64,000 nt of DNA from Thermodesulfobacteriota bacterium (GCA_049320885.1 JBMORA010000009.1:96001-160000), one strand, 5' to 3'. Counted from the first letter of the stretch, positions 18,243-28,051 are shown. Notes: generated by a model from the letters alone, not told the origin. Made by a program: numbers and translations.

Positions 18243-19481
18243 TTATTTCAGCATTTCAATGAATGCGTCGATCCGGGTTTCGATCTGGCCTTCGGAAAAA
18301 TTGCGCTCATCCACCATATCCGCTTCGATCATCAGGGTCGGCAGGCCGCGCTGTTCCTGAACGATCCGCTGGATATCATACTGGCCGAGGGAATACGGCT
18401 TGCAGCTGCGGTTGGAATGGAGCACCAGTCCATCCACCTGGTACTTGTCGGCCATTTTGATGATCCGGGCAGCCATTTCATCCGTTCCGGTATTGAGGAA
18501 AATACGGGTATAGCATTCGGCCATGGAACCCAGAAAATTATTTTCATCCAGATATTCCATGGAGCTGCACCAGCCGGAGGTGTAGGTGTCGGCCACCAGG
18601 CAGGCGTCATGGGCGGCGAACTTTTCGGATAGCCAGCGGGTTTTGAACCAGATGGGCAGGTTATCCCACAGCAGGCGGTATTTTTCATTCGGCAGCATGG
18701 AGATGCCCGCCGCGATGCGTTCCTTCATTTCCGAAAGCAGCATTTCGTAATAATCCACCACTTCCTGTTTGCCGCGCAGGGTGACGATCAGGGCCAGATG
18801 GAAAAACGCGTCGAAGCAAGTCATGGGCGCCGGTTTGTGCATGGTCGTATCCAGGACCGCCTGCCACAGGCGCTGCCCCTTGATGGATAACATGCCGACT
18901 TCCTGCATGCGGTCGTAGTCAAACGGCTTGCCGCAGACGGCTTCCAGAAAGGCGATGTATTCCATGATTTGCTTTTCAACGTAGCGCTTGATTTCCGGGG
19001 AATATTCCTTGTGGCAGATGGGCGTATCCAGGATGAACAGCGGGACGTTGAAATAGCGGGCCTGGACTTCATACCATTTCAGAACGGTGCCACAGATGTT
19101 GTTGCAGCAGATCAGCATGTCCGGTTTGGGCAGACCGCCGATGGGTCCGCCGTTGACAATGGCGCTGGCGATATCGGCCCGGGCATAGGAGCATAAATCC
19201 CGGGCATACCCCATTTCTTCGGATTTTTCGCACAGGGCGACCCCCATTTTGCTGGCTCCGATCATGGCGCCGTAGTTTTCCGGGTAGACCGGGATGACAT
19301 CCATGACGATCAGGGGTTCAACCGGTCCGCCGCTGGTGATCCAGGCGATTTTTTTGCCGGTTTGTTCCGTGGGCGTTTTGGCTTCGATGTAATACGCCGT
19401 CATGATATCCTTCATTTTCCGGACGGCCTTGATTTTCCGTTTTTCGTTTTCCGGGTCTTTGACCTGAGCGGCTTGTGACAT
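18243..19481 (-). CDS. 2-hydroxyacyl-CoA dehydratase / BcrB-type subunit (HGD-D family)
   Basis: YPEN, DLCSY, NNIC, HSNRSCK, IEADMVD and TRIDAFIEML. Confidence 0.87.
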   Translation of the reverse strand: MSQAAQVKDPENEKRKIKAVRKMKDIMTAYYIEAKTPTEQTGKKIAWITSGGPVEPLIVMDVIPVYPENYGAMIGASKMGVALCEKSEEMGYARDLCSYARADIASAIVNGGPIGGLPKPDMLICCNNICGTVLKWYEVQARYFNVPLFILDTPICHKEYSPEIKRYVEKQIMEYIAFLEAVCGKPFDYDRMQEVGMLSIKGQRLWQAVLDTTMHKPAPMTCFDAFFHLALIVTLRGKQEVVDYYEMLLSEMKERIAAGISMLPNEKYRLLWDNLPIWFKTRWLSEKFAAHDACLVADTYTSGWCSSMEYLDENNFLGSMAECYTRIFLNTGTDEMAARIIKMADKYQVDGLVLHSNRSCKPYSLGQYDIQRIVQEQRGLPTLMIEADMVDERNFSEGQIETRIDAFIEMLK

Positions 19482-19514
19482 GGTATGCTCCTTGATGAAT
19501 GGTTGCTACTCGGG

Positions 19515-20630
19515 TTACAGCATTTCCATAAAGGCTTCGCAGCGGGTGCGCAACTGCCCTTCGGAAGCGGTCTGGTCCTCGATTTCCAGCATCAGGTGAG
19601 GAATCCCTTCTTTTTCGAGCATGGTTTTCATATACGGGTAATCAAAGGCATGGGGATCGCAGAACTTCAGGAAGACGAAGATGACGCCTTTCGCGCCGTA
19701 CTCCTTCACCTGTTTCAAAAGGTAATCGCCCCGATTGGTGTTGCCGGAATGTTTCGCGGGGCAGACCACGCGGTTCAGATACCGATCGGCAATGGCCGCC
19801 ACTATGTCTCCCCGGTCATCGATCCGGCCTTCGAAATAGCGGGCGCCGGTGCAAAAATCGTCCCATACGACACGGCCGCCGGAAGACTCGATCACCCGGT
19901 AAATATCCGGCATGTTGCACAGGCCGCCGGTCAGAACGATGCGCTTCCCTTCAGCCGTGGAGTCCCGGCCGGGGTCCAGGGCAGCCAGAAAATCCTCCAG
20001 GACCGAGCTGAAATCCGCTCGGTCCATGATCATGGATGCCCTGAAAATGGTATGGACATCGCTGCTGCCGACAGCCCCGGGATGGTTGCGCCGGATGGCG
20101 TACAGCCGGGACAGTCCGTCACGGATGCGGTTATAGGTCCGGACGGCCGCGCCGAGCTGTTGATCGCCGATTTCGGCCGCCAGGGCTGTCTGCAGCTCGC
20201 TCCTGAATTTGTTCAGCACGTCCACCATGTAGGCCCCGGCGCTGTCCGTATTCAGTTTTACGGGCAGGACCACATCCAGATGAAATTTACCTTTGATATT
20301 CAAACGCCATATATCGGACAGGCGCTGGATGGAATCACAGGTATGGGGAAAGACCGTCCCGTCCAGAAAATCAAGGCGGCCGGCCAGGGCGTCCTCCAAT
20401 GCGCCGCGGACAAGGCTGCAGCTATAGGCCTGGAGGTGGGCGTCGGCCTTGGATATGCCCGTGCTGCTGCCGAAAATGCGATAGGGCAGGGCGCCCGCCG
20501 CGGTGATGATTTCTTCCGGCGTGTAGGAACAAAAGTGGCCGACGATGCTGCCGCCGGTTTTTCGTTTCCATTCCATCGCATACCTGTCGGGATAGCGGAC
20601 GATTTCCGAGAAAAGTGATAGGGGCTCCAT
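19515..20630 (-). CDS. 2-hydroxyacyl-CoA dehydratase / BcrC-type subunit (HGD-D family)
   Basis: CSYTPEE, HTCD, DDFCTGAR, KFCDPH and TRCEAFMEML; start placed at ATG 20630. Confidence 0.87.
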   Translation of the reverse strand: MEPLSLFSEIVRYPDRYAMEWKRKTGGSIVGHFCSYTPEEIITAAGALPYRIFGSSTGISKADAHLQAYSCSLVRGALEDALAGRLDFLDGTVFPHTCDSIQRLSDIWRLNIKGKFHLDVVLPVKLNTDSAGAYMVDVLNKFRSELQTALAAEIGDQQLGAAVRTYNRIRDGLSRLYAIRRNHPGAVGSSDVHTIFRASMIMDRADFSSVLEDFLAALDPGRDSTAEGKRIVLTGGLCNMPDIYRVIESSGGRVVWDDFCTGARYFEGRIDDRGDIVAAIADRYLNRVVCPAKHSGNTNRGDYLLKQVKEYGAKGVIFVFLKFCDPHAFDYPYMKTMLEKEGIPHLMLEIEDQTASEGQLRTRCEAFMEML

Positions 20631-20711
20631 GGGACGTCTCCTTCTGTTCTGCTTCGCTCGCCGGTAATTCATCGGCTGGCAGCTTGAATCCGGCTCGCAA
20701 TTTGAATCTTA

Positions 20712-20761
20712 AAACATACCGAACAGTCTGTTTATGTAATACAGGGGAAAACCGGTGTCAA
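20712..20761 (-). promoter_or_regulatory. Promoter (-35 TTGACA) and palindromic operator upstream of the dehydratase operon
   Basis: Minus-strand TTGACA at 20756-20761; near-palindrome AAACATAC-N6-GTCTGTTT at 20712-20733. Confidence 0.5.
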
Positions 20762-20797
20762 TATGTAGTTGGCCGCCGATGGATCAGCGCCCGGAAT

Positions 20798-21538
20798 TCA
20801 GTGGATTGTCGGCTTTTTCGGCTCATCGTCCCGTTTCCGGCCGTCGATGACGGTGAAGCGTGCCCGGCGGCGGCGATACTGCCAGTTCCCGTAAGCCGAT
20901 CGCAGGCGGAGGATCGGATGGAGGTTGCCGAATCCTTTGAAATAGGCGTAGCCCATTAAAATACCGCCCAGATGGTAGGCGCCGGCCGGATTGGTCTTGG
21001 CCAGAAACGTCAAAAGGGTGATCAGAGCGGTTCCGTAGCTGATATATCTGGCTTTGACCGGCAGGATGAACATCAGCAGCATCGTGGCCTCGGGATTCAA
21101 CAAGCCGAATACGACCATCAGGGCCAATATGCTGGGCACCATGCCCATGAAAGGCTGATCCAGACCGGGCACCATGCTGAAGATGAGCCCCGGGACAGCG
21201 CCCCCCAAGGCCGCCAGAAAGAAAAGGATCAGGAACCGCCGGCGGCCCATGGCGTGTTCCACGGGTGCGGCGATGAAATAGAAAGCCAGGCAGCTGAATA
21301 GAAACGACACCGGGAATTGGGGCGGCTGAATAAACGGGTGGGTGATCACCTGAAAGGGATGAAAGCGCGGATCGGTCAGGGGGAACATGGCGAGGGTTTC
21401 AACCAGGGGCAGGCCGAGCCAGTGCTCCACCAGAAGCTCGATGACGTAAATCCCAACATAGACCAGCAGCAGGGTTTTGCCCAGACGGGTGAGGCCGCCG
21501 CCGAATCCGGCAGGGGTTAATGTGGCGTGGGGTTGCAT
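20798..21538 (-). CDS. Rhomboid-like intramembrane protein
   Basis: Multiple TM helices, VEHAMGRRRF, YHLGG, C-terminal FTVIDG...PTIH; the catalytic GxSG motif appears altered (GMVP). Confidence 0.72.
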   Translation of the reverse strand: MQPHATLTPAGFGGGLTRLGKTLLLVYVGIYVIELLVEHWLGLPLVETLAMFPLTDPRFHPFQVITHPFIQPPQFPVSFLFSCLAFYFIAAPVEHAMGRRRFLILFFLAALGGAVPGLIFSMVPGLDQPFMGMVPSILALMVVFGLLNPEATMLLMFILPVKARYISYGTALITLLTFLAKTNPAGAYHLGGILMGYAYFKGFGNLHPILRLRSAYGNWQYRRRRARFTVIDGRKRDDEPKKPTIH

Positions 21539-21671
21539 GTTTTTCCTCCGGTCCTGGCCGGACTTGTTGGGTTATGGTACATCCGCTGCGTCCGGAAACA
21601 GGTCTTGTCTATCAAGATACGGCATGCCTGTAAAGAGGGTTTCCGCATCGGCTGCCGTGCCAGGATATTGA

Positions 21672-21700
21672 TTGACAACAGGCTGTTATTAAAATATAAA
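21672..21700 (+). promoter_or_regulatory. Putative sigma70 promoter of the SBP gene
   Basis: TTGACA-17 bp-TATAAA. Confidence 0.65.
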
Positions 21701-21861
21701 TATCAAAAGAGCAGTTCGTATTTTGATCAGAATCACGCCAGGCCGATCCGTTTCAGGCAAACGGATTGCATTCCAACCGTTTTTACGTTCCGTCCGTCGA
21801 CAGGTTGGGCCGTTTTCGGGTAACGGCCATATCCATGATATCCTTACCATGGGAGGTGTGC

Positions 21862-22587
21862 ATGAAACGGTTTTCTTTGATGTGTTTTTTTCTGTTGTTG
21901 CCGGTCATTGCTTGGGCGGAGAAAGTGGTTTTTGTCAGCGAGGATTATCCGCCGTATGAGTACATGGAGAATGGTAAGGTCGTGGGTTTTGACGCGGACA
22001 TTATCCGGGAGGTCTGTTCCCGCATCGGCGTTGAGGCGGATTTCAAGCAATGGCCCTGGAAACGGGCCATGGTCAAGGTCAAGGACGGTTCGGTGGACGC
22101 CATTTTTTCGCTGTTTCGCACTCCGGAGCGGGAGGAGTTTCTGATTTTCCCGGCGGAACCGCTCAGCTCGGAAAAAAATGTGGTCATCGTCCGCAAGGGC
22201 AGCCCGTTGAAACTCACCAGGCTCGATGATTTAAAAGGTAAAACCGTGGGCGTGGTGGTGGAATATTCCTATGGCGCCGAATTCGACAATTTTTCGGGAA
22301 TTGAAAAGGAAGTCTGCAAAAGCACGGAAAACATGCTGCAAAAATTGGATGCGAAGCGCATGGACATCGCCGTAATCAACGAGCATGTCATGCGCTACCT
22401 CAGCCGCAAGCTCGGATTGCAGGACCGTTTCGACATCCAATTTGTCTTGAACGAGGACCCCATGTACGTGGGTTTTTCCAAAGCCAAGGGCGGCCGCAGC
22501 CAGGAGCTGGCCGATAAATTTTCCGCCACCCTGAAGCAACTGAAGACCGAGGGCCGGCTTGCGGCCATCATGGCCGCTTATAAATAA
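21862..22587 (+). CDS. Periplasmic substrate-binding protein, family 3 (orphan)
   Basis: Signal peptide, DYPPYEY, GFDADI, PWKRA, DLKGKTVG; GGAGG RBS. Confidence 0.87.
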   Translation: MKRFSLMCFFLLLPVIAWAEKVVFVSEDYPPYEYMENGKVVGFDADIIREVCSRIGVEADFKQWPWKRAMVKVKDGSVDAIFSLFRTPEREEFLIFPAEPLSSEKNVVIVRKGSPLKLTRLDDLKGKTVGVVVEYSYGAEFDNFSGIEKEVCKSTENMLQKLDAKRMDIAVINEHVMRYLSRKLGLQDRFDIQFVLNEDPMYVGFSKAKGGRSQELADKFSATLKQLKTEGRLAAIMAAYK

Positions 22588-22695
22588 TGGTTATTTCGAG
22601 ATTGAATCTTCGGGATTGTTCGGATAAAAACAGTGACCCATCAGGGAGATGTTGGCGAATTTCCGGTAAACCGTGTCCGATCATTGTAAAAGGCG

Positions 22696-23838
22696 ATGTT
22701 CATGAAAACCGGTAGACAAACGAAAGGATTCGGCCAATCCGGTTTGGTATGGCTGACGGCGCTTTTGGTGCTTTCCGGATTGGGATGCCATAAAAAAATG
22801 ACATTCGAATCCACCCCGACGTCGCCTGCGGCTTTTGTTGCAGACTCAGAACCTGCGGTTGACTTAGGCGACCTGGCAAGAAGCGAGAAGGCCGAAGCGG
22901 AAACGGCGGTTTTTGTCGATCAACGGATGATCTTCTACGACGGTTTTGTCAAACTCCGGGCGGTGAAGCCGGAAGAGGTTATCGATGCCGCCTCGAAACT
23001 GGCGGCATCGGCCGGCGGCTACGTGGAACAGATGCGGCCGGGAAGGGTCGTTCTGCGGATTCCCGCGGCCCAATTCGAGGTGGTCTACCAGGCGGCCTTG
23101 AAACTGGCGGAAGTGCTGGAAAAATCTGTGAGCGCCCGGGATATCACGGAGTCTTTTCAGGATACGGCCTTGCGGTTGAGCACGGCTGTCGCGGCCCGGG
23201 ACCGGCTGGTGGAACTGCTGGGTCAATCCAGGGACGAAAAGGAAAAAATCCGGCTGTTGAAGGAAATCCAGCGGCTGAACGATCAGATCGAAAGTCTGGA
23301 AAACCTGAAGGCCATGCTGTCGACCATGGCGGCCTTTTCCAAGCTTACGATCCTGGTGGAGCAGCGCAGGCTGGTTTCCGGCCGCGCCGATCCGGAGGAG
23401 ATCGCCGAGTTCAGATGGATTTCGTTGCTTTCGCCGTTCAAGCGGGAGGCGCAACCGGATTCCCGGCGTCTGGATTTTGCCGTTCCGCCGGATATGCTGG
23501 CGCTCGACCGGGAAGGGCTGTTCATCGCCGAGGGAGCGGACGGCGCCGCCTTCTGGTCCACGACCCGCCCGAATCGTCCGGAAGGGGACAACGCTTTCTG
23601 GATCGAAGCCATCAAGGTGCGCCTTTCGCCTGAATTCAAGGAGGTCGACACCCGGCAGGCCGGGGACTTCACCATCGTCCGGTTTGTCGAAAACGCTGAA
23701 ACACCCTATGTGTATCTGATCGGGGTGAACATCGCGGAAAAGCGGCTGGAATTGGTTCAGGTCTACTTCCCTTCCAAGAGCCATGAGGAGCGATACGGCG
23801 CCGGAATTTTGGATTCCATCACGCGAGGTGCCCGATGA
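22696..23838 (+). CDS. DUF4349-like lipoprotein with extra C-terminal domain
   Basis: Lipobox LSGLGC; GGYVE...LRIPA...ARDITESFQD followed by a coiled coil. Confidence 0.7.
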   Translation: MFMKTGRQTKGFGQSGLVWLTALLVLSGLGCHKKMTFESTPTSPAAFVADSEPAVDLGDLARSEKAEAETAVFVDQRMIFYDGFVKLRAVKPEEVIDAASKLAASAGGYVEQMRPGRVVLRIPAAQFEVVYQAALKLAEVLEKSVSARDITESFQDTALRLSTAVAARDRLVELLGQSRDEKEKIRLLKEIQRLNDQIESLENLKAMLSTMAAFSKLTILVEQRRLVSGRADPEEIAEFRWISLLSPFKREAQPDSRRLDFAVPPDMLALDREGLFIAEGADGAAFWSTTRPNRPEGDNAFWIEAIKVRLSPEFKEVDTRQAGDFTIVRFVENAETPYVYLIGVNIAEKRLELVQVYFPSKSHEERYGAGILDSITRGAR

Positions 23839-24470
23839 GCGGCCGCAGCGACTGCCGGGGGCGATTTACCGCAAGCCTGATCCTGCTGGCTGTTCTTGCG
23901 GGCGTTTGCACGCCGGTTTTCGCCCAGTCCCCGGGAGCGATGACTTCCAGGATGGTTCTGAAGGTGAGCGATCCGGACCGCATCGCGGACCTGCTGGCGG
24001 AAAAGGCCGTTGCCATGGGGGGCTATTTCGTCGAGCGCGACAATCGTTCCATCAGACTCAAAATTCCGTCGGCGTCCATCGAAGCGTTTGGCGAGTTTGC
24101 CATGGCTAAGGGAACGGTCCTGACCAGGGAACTGAGCAGTGAAGACGTCTTCTCGATTTTAACCGAGAAAAAAGCCCGGCTGAAATCGAAACGCCGCGTG
24201 CAGGCTCAATATCTTGATGTCCTGAAAACCGCCCGGGCCGACGCCGTCGTCATGGTGGAAAAGGAGATCGCGGCACTGGTGCAGGAAATCGAGATCCTGC
24301 AGGGCGAGATCCGGCTGCTGGAGCATCGCCTGGCTTTTGCCGAAGCCCTCATCGAGTTTACCTTCAAGGATCGCTCCGCGCCGCCGGTGAGCGGAAATTC
24401 TTCGTTTCCCTGGCTGAATACCGTCAACATCACCGATCTTCTGGAAGAGTTTCAACATGAACGCGAATAA
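23835..24470 (+). CDS. DUF4349-like exported protein
   Basis: Signal peptide; GGYFVE...LKIPS...SEDV followed by a coiled coil; ATGA overlap with the upstream gene. Confidence 0.7.
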   Translation: MSGRSDCRGRFTASLILLAVLAGVCTPVFAQSPGAMTSRMVLKVSDPDRIADLLAEKAVAMGGYFVERDNRSIRLKIPSASIEAFGEFAMAKGTVLTRELSSEDVFSILTEKKARLKSKRRVQAQYLDVLKTARADAVVMVEKEIAALVQEIEILQGEIRLLEHRLAFAEALIEFTFKDRSAPPVSGNSSFPWLNTVNITDLLEEFQHERE

Positions 24471-24924
24471 ACCCCATGCCATGATGCTCCTGCTGTTGCT
24501 GCTGCTGATCGTTGGCGCCGGCTGTCCCGCGCGGCAACAATGGATCGCGCCAGCCGGATTTGCCGTATATCCGAATGAAAAACCGCTCAAGGCCGTCAGT
24601 CCGGACGGGGTGGTGTACCGGGTCAGGGTCGAACCCAACAAGCAATATCGGGCCGGCTTGCCTTTCTGGAAGGAGGCCATGAAAAAACGGATGCTCGATG
24701 TGGGCTATGTCTTCCAGCGGGAAACCGACATTACGGCCAACGGTAAATCCGGCTATCTGCTGGAGCTGGCCGCTCCGGTGGGCGCAAAAGATTACCTTTA
24801 TCTGATCGCCTTTTTCATCGACGATGAAGACAACCTCGTCATCATGGAGTCCGCCGGCGAGGTCACCCGCTTTGATCCCCGCCGCAAGGATATCGTCACC
24901 GCCATCCAGACAACCCGATTTTGA
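24457..24924 (+). CDS. Lipoprotein of unknown function
   Basis: Leu-rich signal peptide, lipobox GAGC, overlaps the upstream gene. Confidence 0.7.
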   Translation: MNANKPHAMMLLLLLLLIVGAGCPARQQWIAPAGFAVYPNEKPLKAVSPDGVVYRVRVEPNKQYRAGLPFWKEAMKKRMLDVGYVFQRETDITANGKSGYLLELAAPVGAKDYLYLIAFFIDDEDNLVIMESAGEVTRFDPRRKDIVTAIQTTRF

Positions 24925-25093
24925 TCAAATCCGAAGAGGCCGCTGTCGGAACCGGATTTGCATCTTGTACCCCGGTGGAATTCTATGATAGAGGGTTTTT
25001 ACGCTCATCTTTCTGTCATCGCGCTGTTTTCCGATTCCCGAAAGGGCGTTCGGGAAGGCGGAGAAACGGATATCCAACCAGGCGGGTTATGCT

Positions 25094-27112
25094 ATGGAGA
25101 ATACGAATACGGAAAGTCAAGCCCCATCCGAGCCGGAAGACCTCGGGATGACGGTGGCGCAATACTTTTTGACCATCTTTCGTCTGCATTTGAAAGCCTC
25201 TCCATACGCGCAGACGGAATGCCGGCTGCTAGGGGCGGCCGGTGCGAAGAACAACCGCCGGACCTACGAGCTGAGAATCCAACAGGAAGAGGAATGGAAA
25301 ACCCGCCGGATGACCATCATGCCCCTGGGCGAGGGCAGCGGCAGTAAAAGCAAATGTTTTTACGTTATCTACGATGATCACCTGGTGGTGAAGATCCCGC
25401 CGGTTCCCATCACGGACTTTTCAAAATATATCGGCTTTATCCAGGTGGAGCAACGGATCGCCGTTCGCCTGGCGCCGCGGGTCTGCATTACACCGAGTGT
25501 TTCCGTTATCATGCAGCATGCTTTTCCACTCCCGGAAGACGAAAACGAAACCCTTTCACCGGAAGAATCCGAGGCCGCTTACGTGAAATGGCTGGCCGAC
25601 AATCCCGATGCCCAGTCCCATCTGAAAATCAACGGCGGTTTTGTTTTTTTCATGGATCTGGCCAGATATTTCATCCTGGCCGATGTACTCGACAGCCTGC
25701 GGGGAAGAACCCGGGATTCGATGGAGGACGAGATCACGAAAAATTCCGGCGTACTGTTCGATATCCATAATTTCGAGGGTCGGTACGGGCACGGCACCGG
25801 CCGCATCGGAGAAGCCCTTGCCGCGGTTTACAGTGAATACGAAAAGCGGTTGCGGAACCTGCTGGAAGGCGCGCGGATTACCGTATCGAAGATCCAGTAT
25901 AAATTTCAGGAATGGTTTTCCGCTCATTTGGCCGGCGCCGTCATCGATGAAACGAAGGAGCAATCCGTTTCCGTTGACATCATTCCGGCCATGAACCGGC
26001 TGATCAAAACGGTTTTGGAGGAGAACGGGGAGGCGGTGGGCGCCTATAGGGAGTTGATCCGCCGTTTCCTGATGAAAAAAAGCTTTTCCCAGAGCCGGAC
26101 CCAGATATCCAGCATCATAAACAATATAATGGATCTGCTGGCCTATCTGGGTCGAAAGCGCGTGGCCATGCGGGATTTCAAGCCGGACAATGTGCTGGTG
26201 GCGGGGGATCCGGGACGCTACCCGAATTTTCTGTCATCGCCGGACGCATTTTTTCTCGGGTTGATTGACGTTGAGACCGCCATCATCATCGATCCGCAAA
26301 AGGATACGCCCCTGCCGCAGCCGCGTCTCGGCGGAACCCCGCTGTTTTCAACACCGTCGCAACTGGTGACCAACGAGCTTCTCGCCCAGGCGTTTGGCGA
26401 CGTTTCCCGGATTTTTTTCCTGCAGGACTGGTACGCGGCCATGGTGATGATGTACAAGGTGGTGACCGATGAAAATCTGTTTGTGCAGACGGCGAAAACC
26501 CTGCCGGGAATTATCCGCACGATTCAAAAAGCGGCCAGGGAAAAGCGGTTCACCATCGAGGTGGTGGAGGCGGTCAGCGCTTCCTTCTGGAAGAGCGCCG
26601 TTGCCGAATACCGACAGCATGTGGCCCAGCGGGAAAAAATGTTGCGGGCTGTGGAGACGGTGGTTCCCAGAACCGCAAACGCATTGATGATGGAAATTTT
26701 TCAGGAGGAAAAAGAGCGCAGCGAAACCCGAATCCGCAACCGTATCGCGGTCCAGACGTATTATAAAACGGAAAAAAATCAGGAACAGTTGTGGAAAGCC
26801 TCCGCCCAGCAGGTTGAGAGCCTGTTGTTGAATATGACGGAGTCCGACCCGAAGACCGAGGAACAGCACACAACGGAAAGCAGGCGCTGTTTCCTGACGG
26901 CGCTGCTCGCGGAAAAAAGCCACATCGCCAGATGCCAGGATTACATCGAGCGCTTCCGCAACAATGAACCCATCCGTTTCGATGGGTTCGAGCTGCTGAA
27001 TATTTTTTTCAATTGTGTCTACCGGCGGATGTATCCGGAATCATGGGGCGCTGTTCATGCCGGTCCCCTCCTTGATCTGCCGGCCCCAATTGCGGCGAAC
27101 CAATCACATTGA
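25094..27112 (+). CDS. Atypical protein-kinase-like protein
   Basis: GEGSGSKSKCFYV, LVVKIP, MRDFKPDNVLV, LIDVE, GGTPLFSTPS and QDWYA occur in kinase subdomain order. Confidence 0.7.
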   Translation: MENTNTESQAPSEPEDLGMTVAQYFLTIFRLHLKASPYAQTECRLLGAAGAKNNRRTYELRIQQEEEWKTRRMTIMPLGEGSGSKSKCFYVIYDDHLVVKIPPVPITDFSKYIGFIQVEQRIAVRLAPRVCITPSVSVIMQHAFPLPEDENETLSPEESEAAYVKWLADNPDAQSHLKINGGFVFFMDLARYFILADVLDSLRGRTRDSMEDEITKNSGVLFDIHNFEGRYGHGTGRIGEALAAVYSEYEKRLRNLLEGARITVSKIQYKFQEWFSAHLAGAVIDETKEQSVSVDIIPAMNRLIKTVLEENGEAVGAYRELIRRFLMKKSFSQSRTQISSIINNIMDLLAYLGRKRVAMRDFKPDNVLVAGDPGRYPNFLSSPDAFFLGLIDVETAIIIDPQKDTPLPQPRLGGTPLFSTPSQLVTNELLAQAFGDVSRIFFLQDWYAAMVMMYKVVTDENLFVQTAKTLPGIIRTIQKAAREKRFTIEVVEAVSASFWKSAVAEYRQHVAQREKMLRAVETVVPRTANALMMEIFQEEKERSETRIRNRIAVQTYYKTEKNQEQLWKASAQQVESLLLNMTESDPKTEEQHTTESRRCFLTALLAEKSHIARCQDYIERFRNNEPIRFDGFELLNIFFNCVYRRMYPESWGAVHAGPLLDLPAPIAANQSH

Positions 27113-27195
27113 CAAGCCCCGGAATTTTTACTATAGGATGTCGCATAATCGCGGGCTGAAGTCCGACTGTAAAATCCGATTGTCCAGATAATCTG

Positions 27196-27257
27196 AAACC
27201 ACGATGGATACCGCATGCCACGAAGGCGTGATCGTTTCCCGTGGTTTTTTTGTTTTT
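27196..27257 (+). terminator. Leader terminator/attenuator upstream of the Ni/Co ECF operon
   Basis: AAACCACG (27196-27203)/CGTGGTTT (27240-27247) stem with inner CATGCC/GGCGTG, followed by T7-G-T5; lies downstream of TTGACA-17-TATAGG (27109-27137). Confidence 0.65.
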
Positions 27258-27277
27258 ACGGCTGGAGGAGGCCTTTC

Positions 27278-28051
27278 ATGAAACAATTTATTATCGTTGC
27301 CTGTGTATTTGGTTTTTTTTGTTGTTACACCAGCAGTGTTTCCGCGCACTTCGGCATGGTCATTCCCAGCGACACGATGGTCATGCAGGAAGACAAGCGC
27401 AGTATTGATCTGACCCTTTCCTTTTCGCACCCCTTCGAGGGGATCGGCATGGAGCTGGTGAAACCCGCCCAGTTCGGCGTCATGACGGCTGGAAAGAAGA
27501 CCGACCTCCTGCCGCAGTTGAAAAAAACGGCGGTGATGGGTCACGGCGCGTGGCAGCTCGCGTATCCGATGAAGCGACCCGGGGTTTACATGTTCTATAT
27601 GGAACCGGCGCCGTATTGGGAACCCGCGGAAGACTGCTATATCATCCATTATACCAAAACCGTAGTCACCGCTTTCGGCGACGATGGGGGCTGGGACGCG
27701 GAAATCGGACTGAAGACGGAAATCGTGCCGTTGGCCAGGCCTTTCGGGCTGTATGCCGGAAACACCTTTCAGGGGGTGGTGAAGGTGGATGGAAAGCCGG
27801 TTCCCTATGCCGATGTGGAAATCGAATACTACAACAAGGATGGGAAAGCCAAGGCACCCACGGAGTACATGATCGCCCAGGCCGTCAAAGCCGACGCGAG
27901 CGGCGTGTTTACCTATGCAACGCCGGCGGAAGGCTGGTGGGGGTTTGCCGCCCTGAACACGGCCGACAAAAAAATAGCACATGAAGGCCAGGACAAGGAG
28001 GTTGAAATCGGTGCCGTCCTCTGGGTATATTTTCATGAATGGGGCTACTGA
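27278..28051 (+). CDS. DUF4198 / NikK-like periplasmic component
   Basis: Signal peptide ending [39 protein letters not shown]; first gene of the cbiM/Q/O operon. Confidence 0.8.
   Translation: MKQFIIVACVFGFFCCYTSSVSAHFGMVIPSDTMVMQEDKRSIDLTLSFSHPFEGIGMELVKPAQFGVMTAGKKTDLLPQLKKTAVMGHGAWQLAYPMKRPGVYMFYMEPAPYWEPAEDCYIIHYTKTVVTAFGDDGGWDAEIGLKTEIVPLARPFGLYAGNTFQGVVKVDGKPVPYADVEIEYYNKDGKAKAPTEYMIAQAVKADASGVFTYATPAEGWWGFAALNTADKKIAHEGQDKEVEIGAVLWVYFHEWGY

Noticed and set aside
27219..27230. CAC-GAAGGC-GTG (and TTC-GAAGGC-GAA in the glgP leader) as extra ANTAR sites
   Set aside because: The loop starts with G rather than the conserved A, and there is no partner hairpin.
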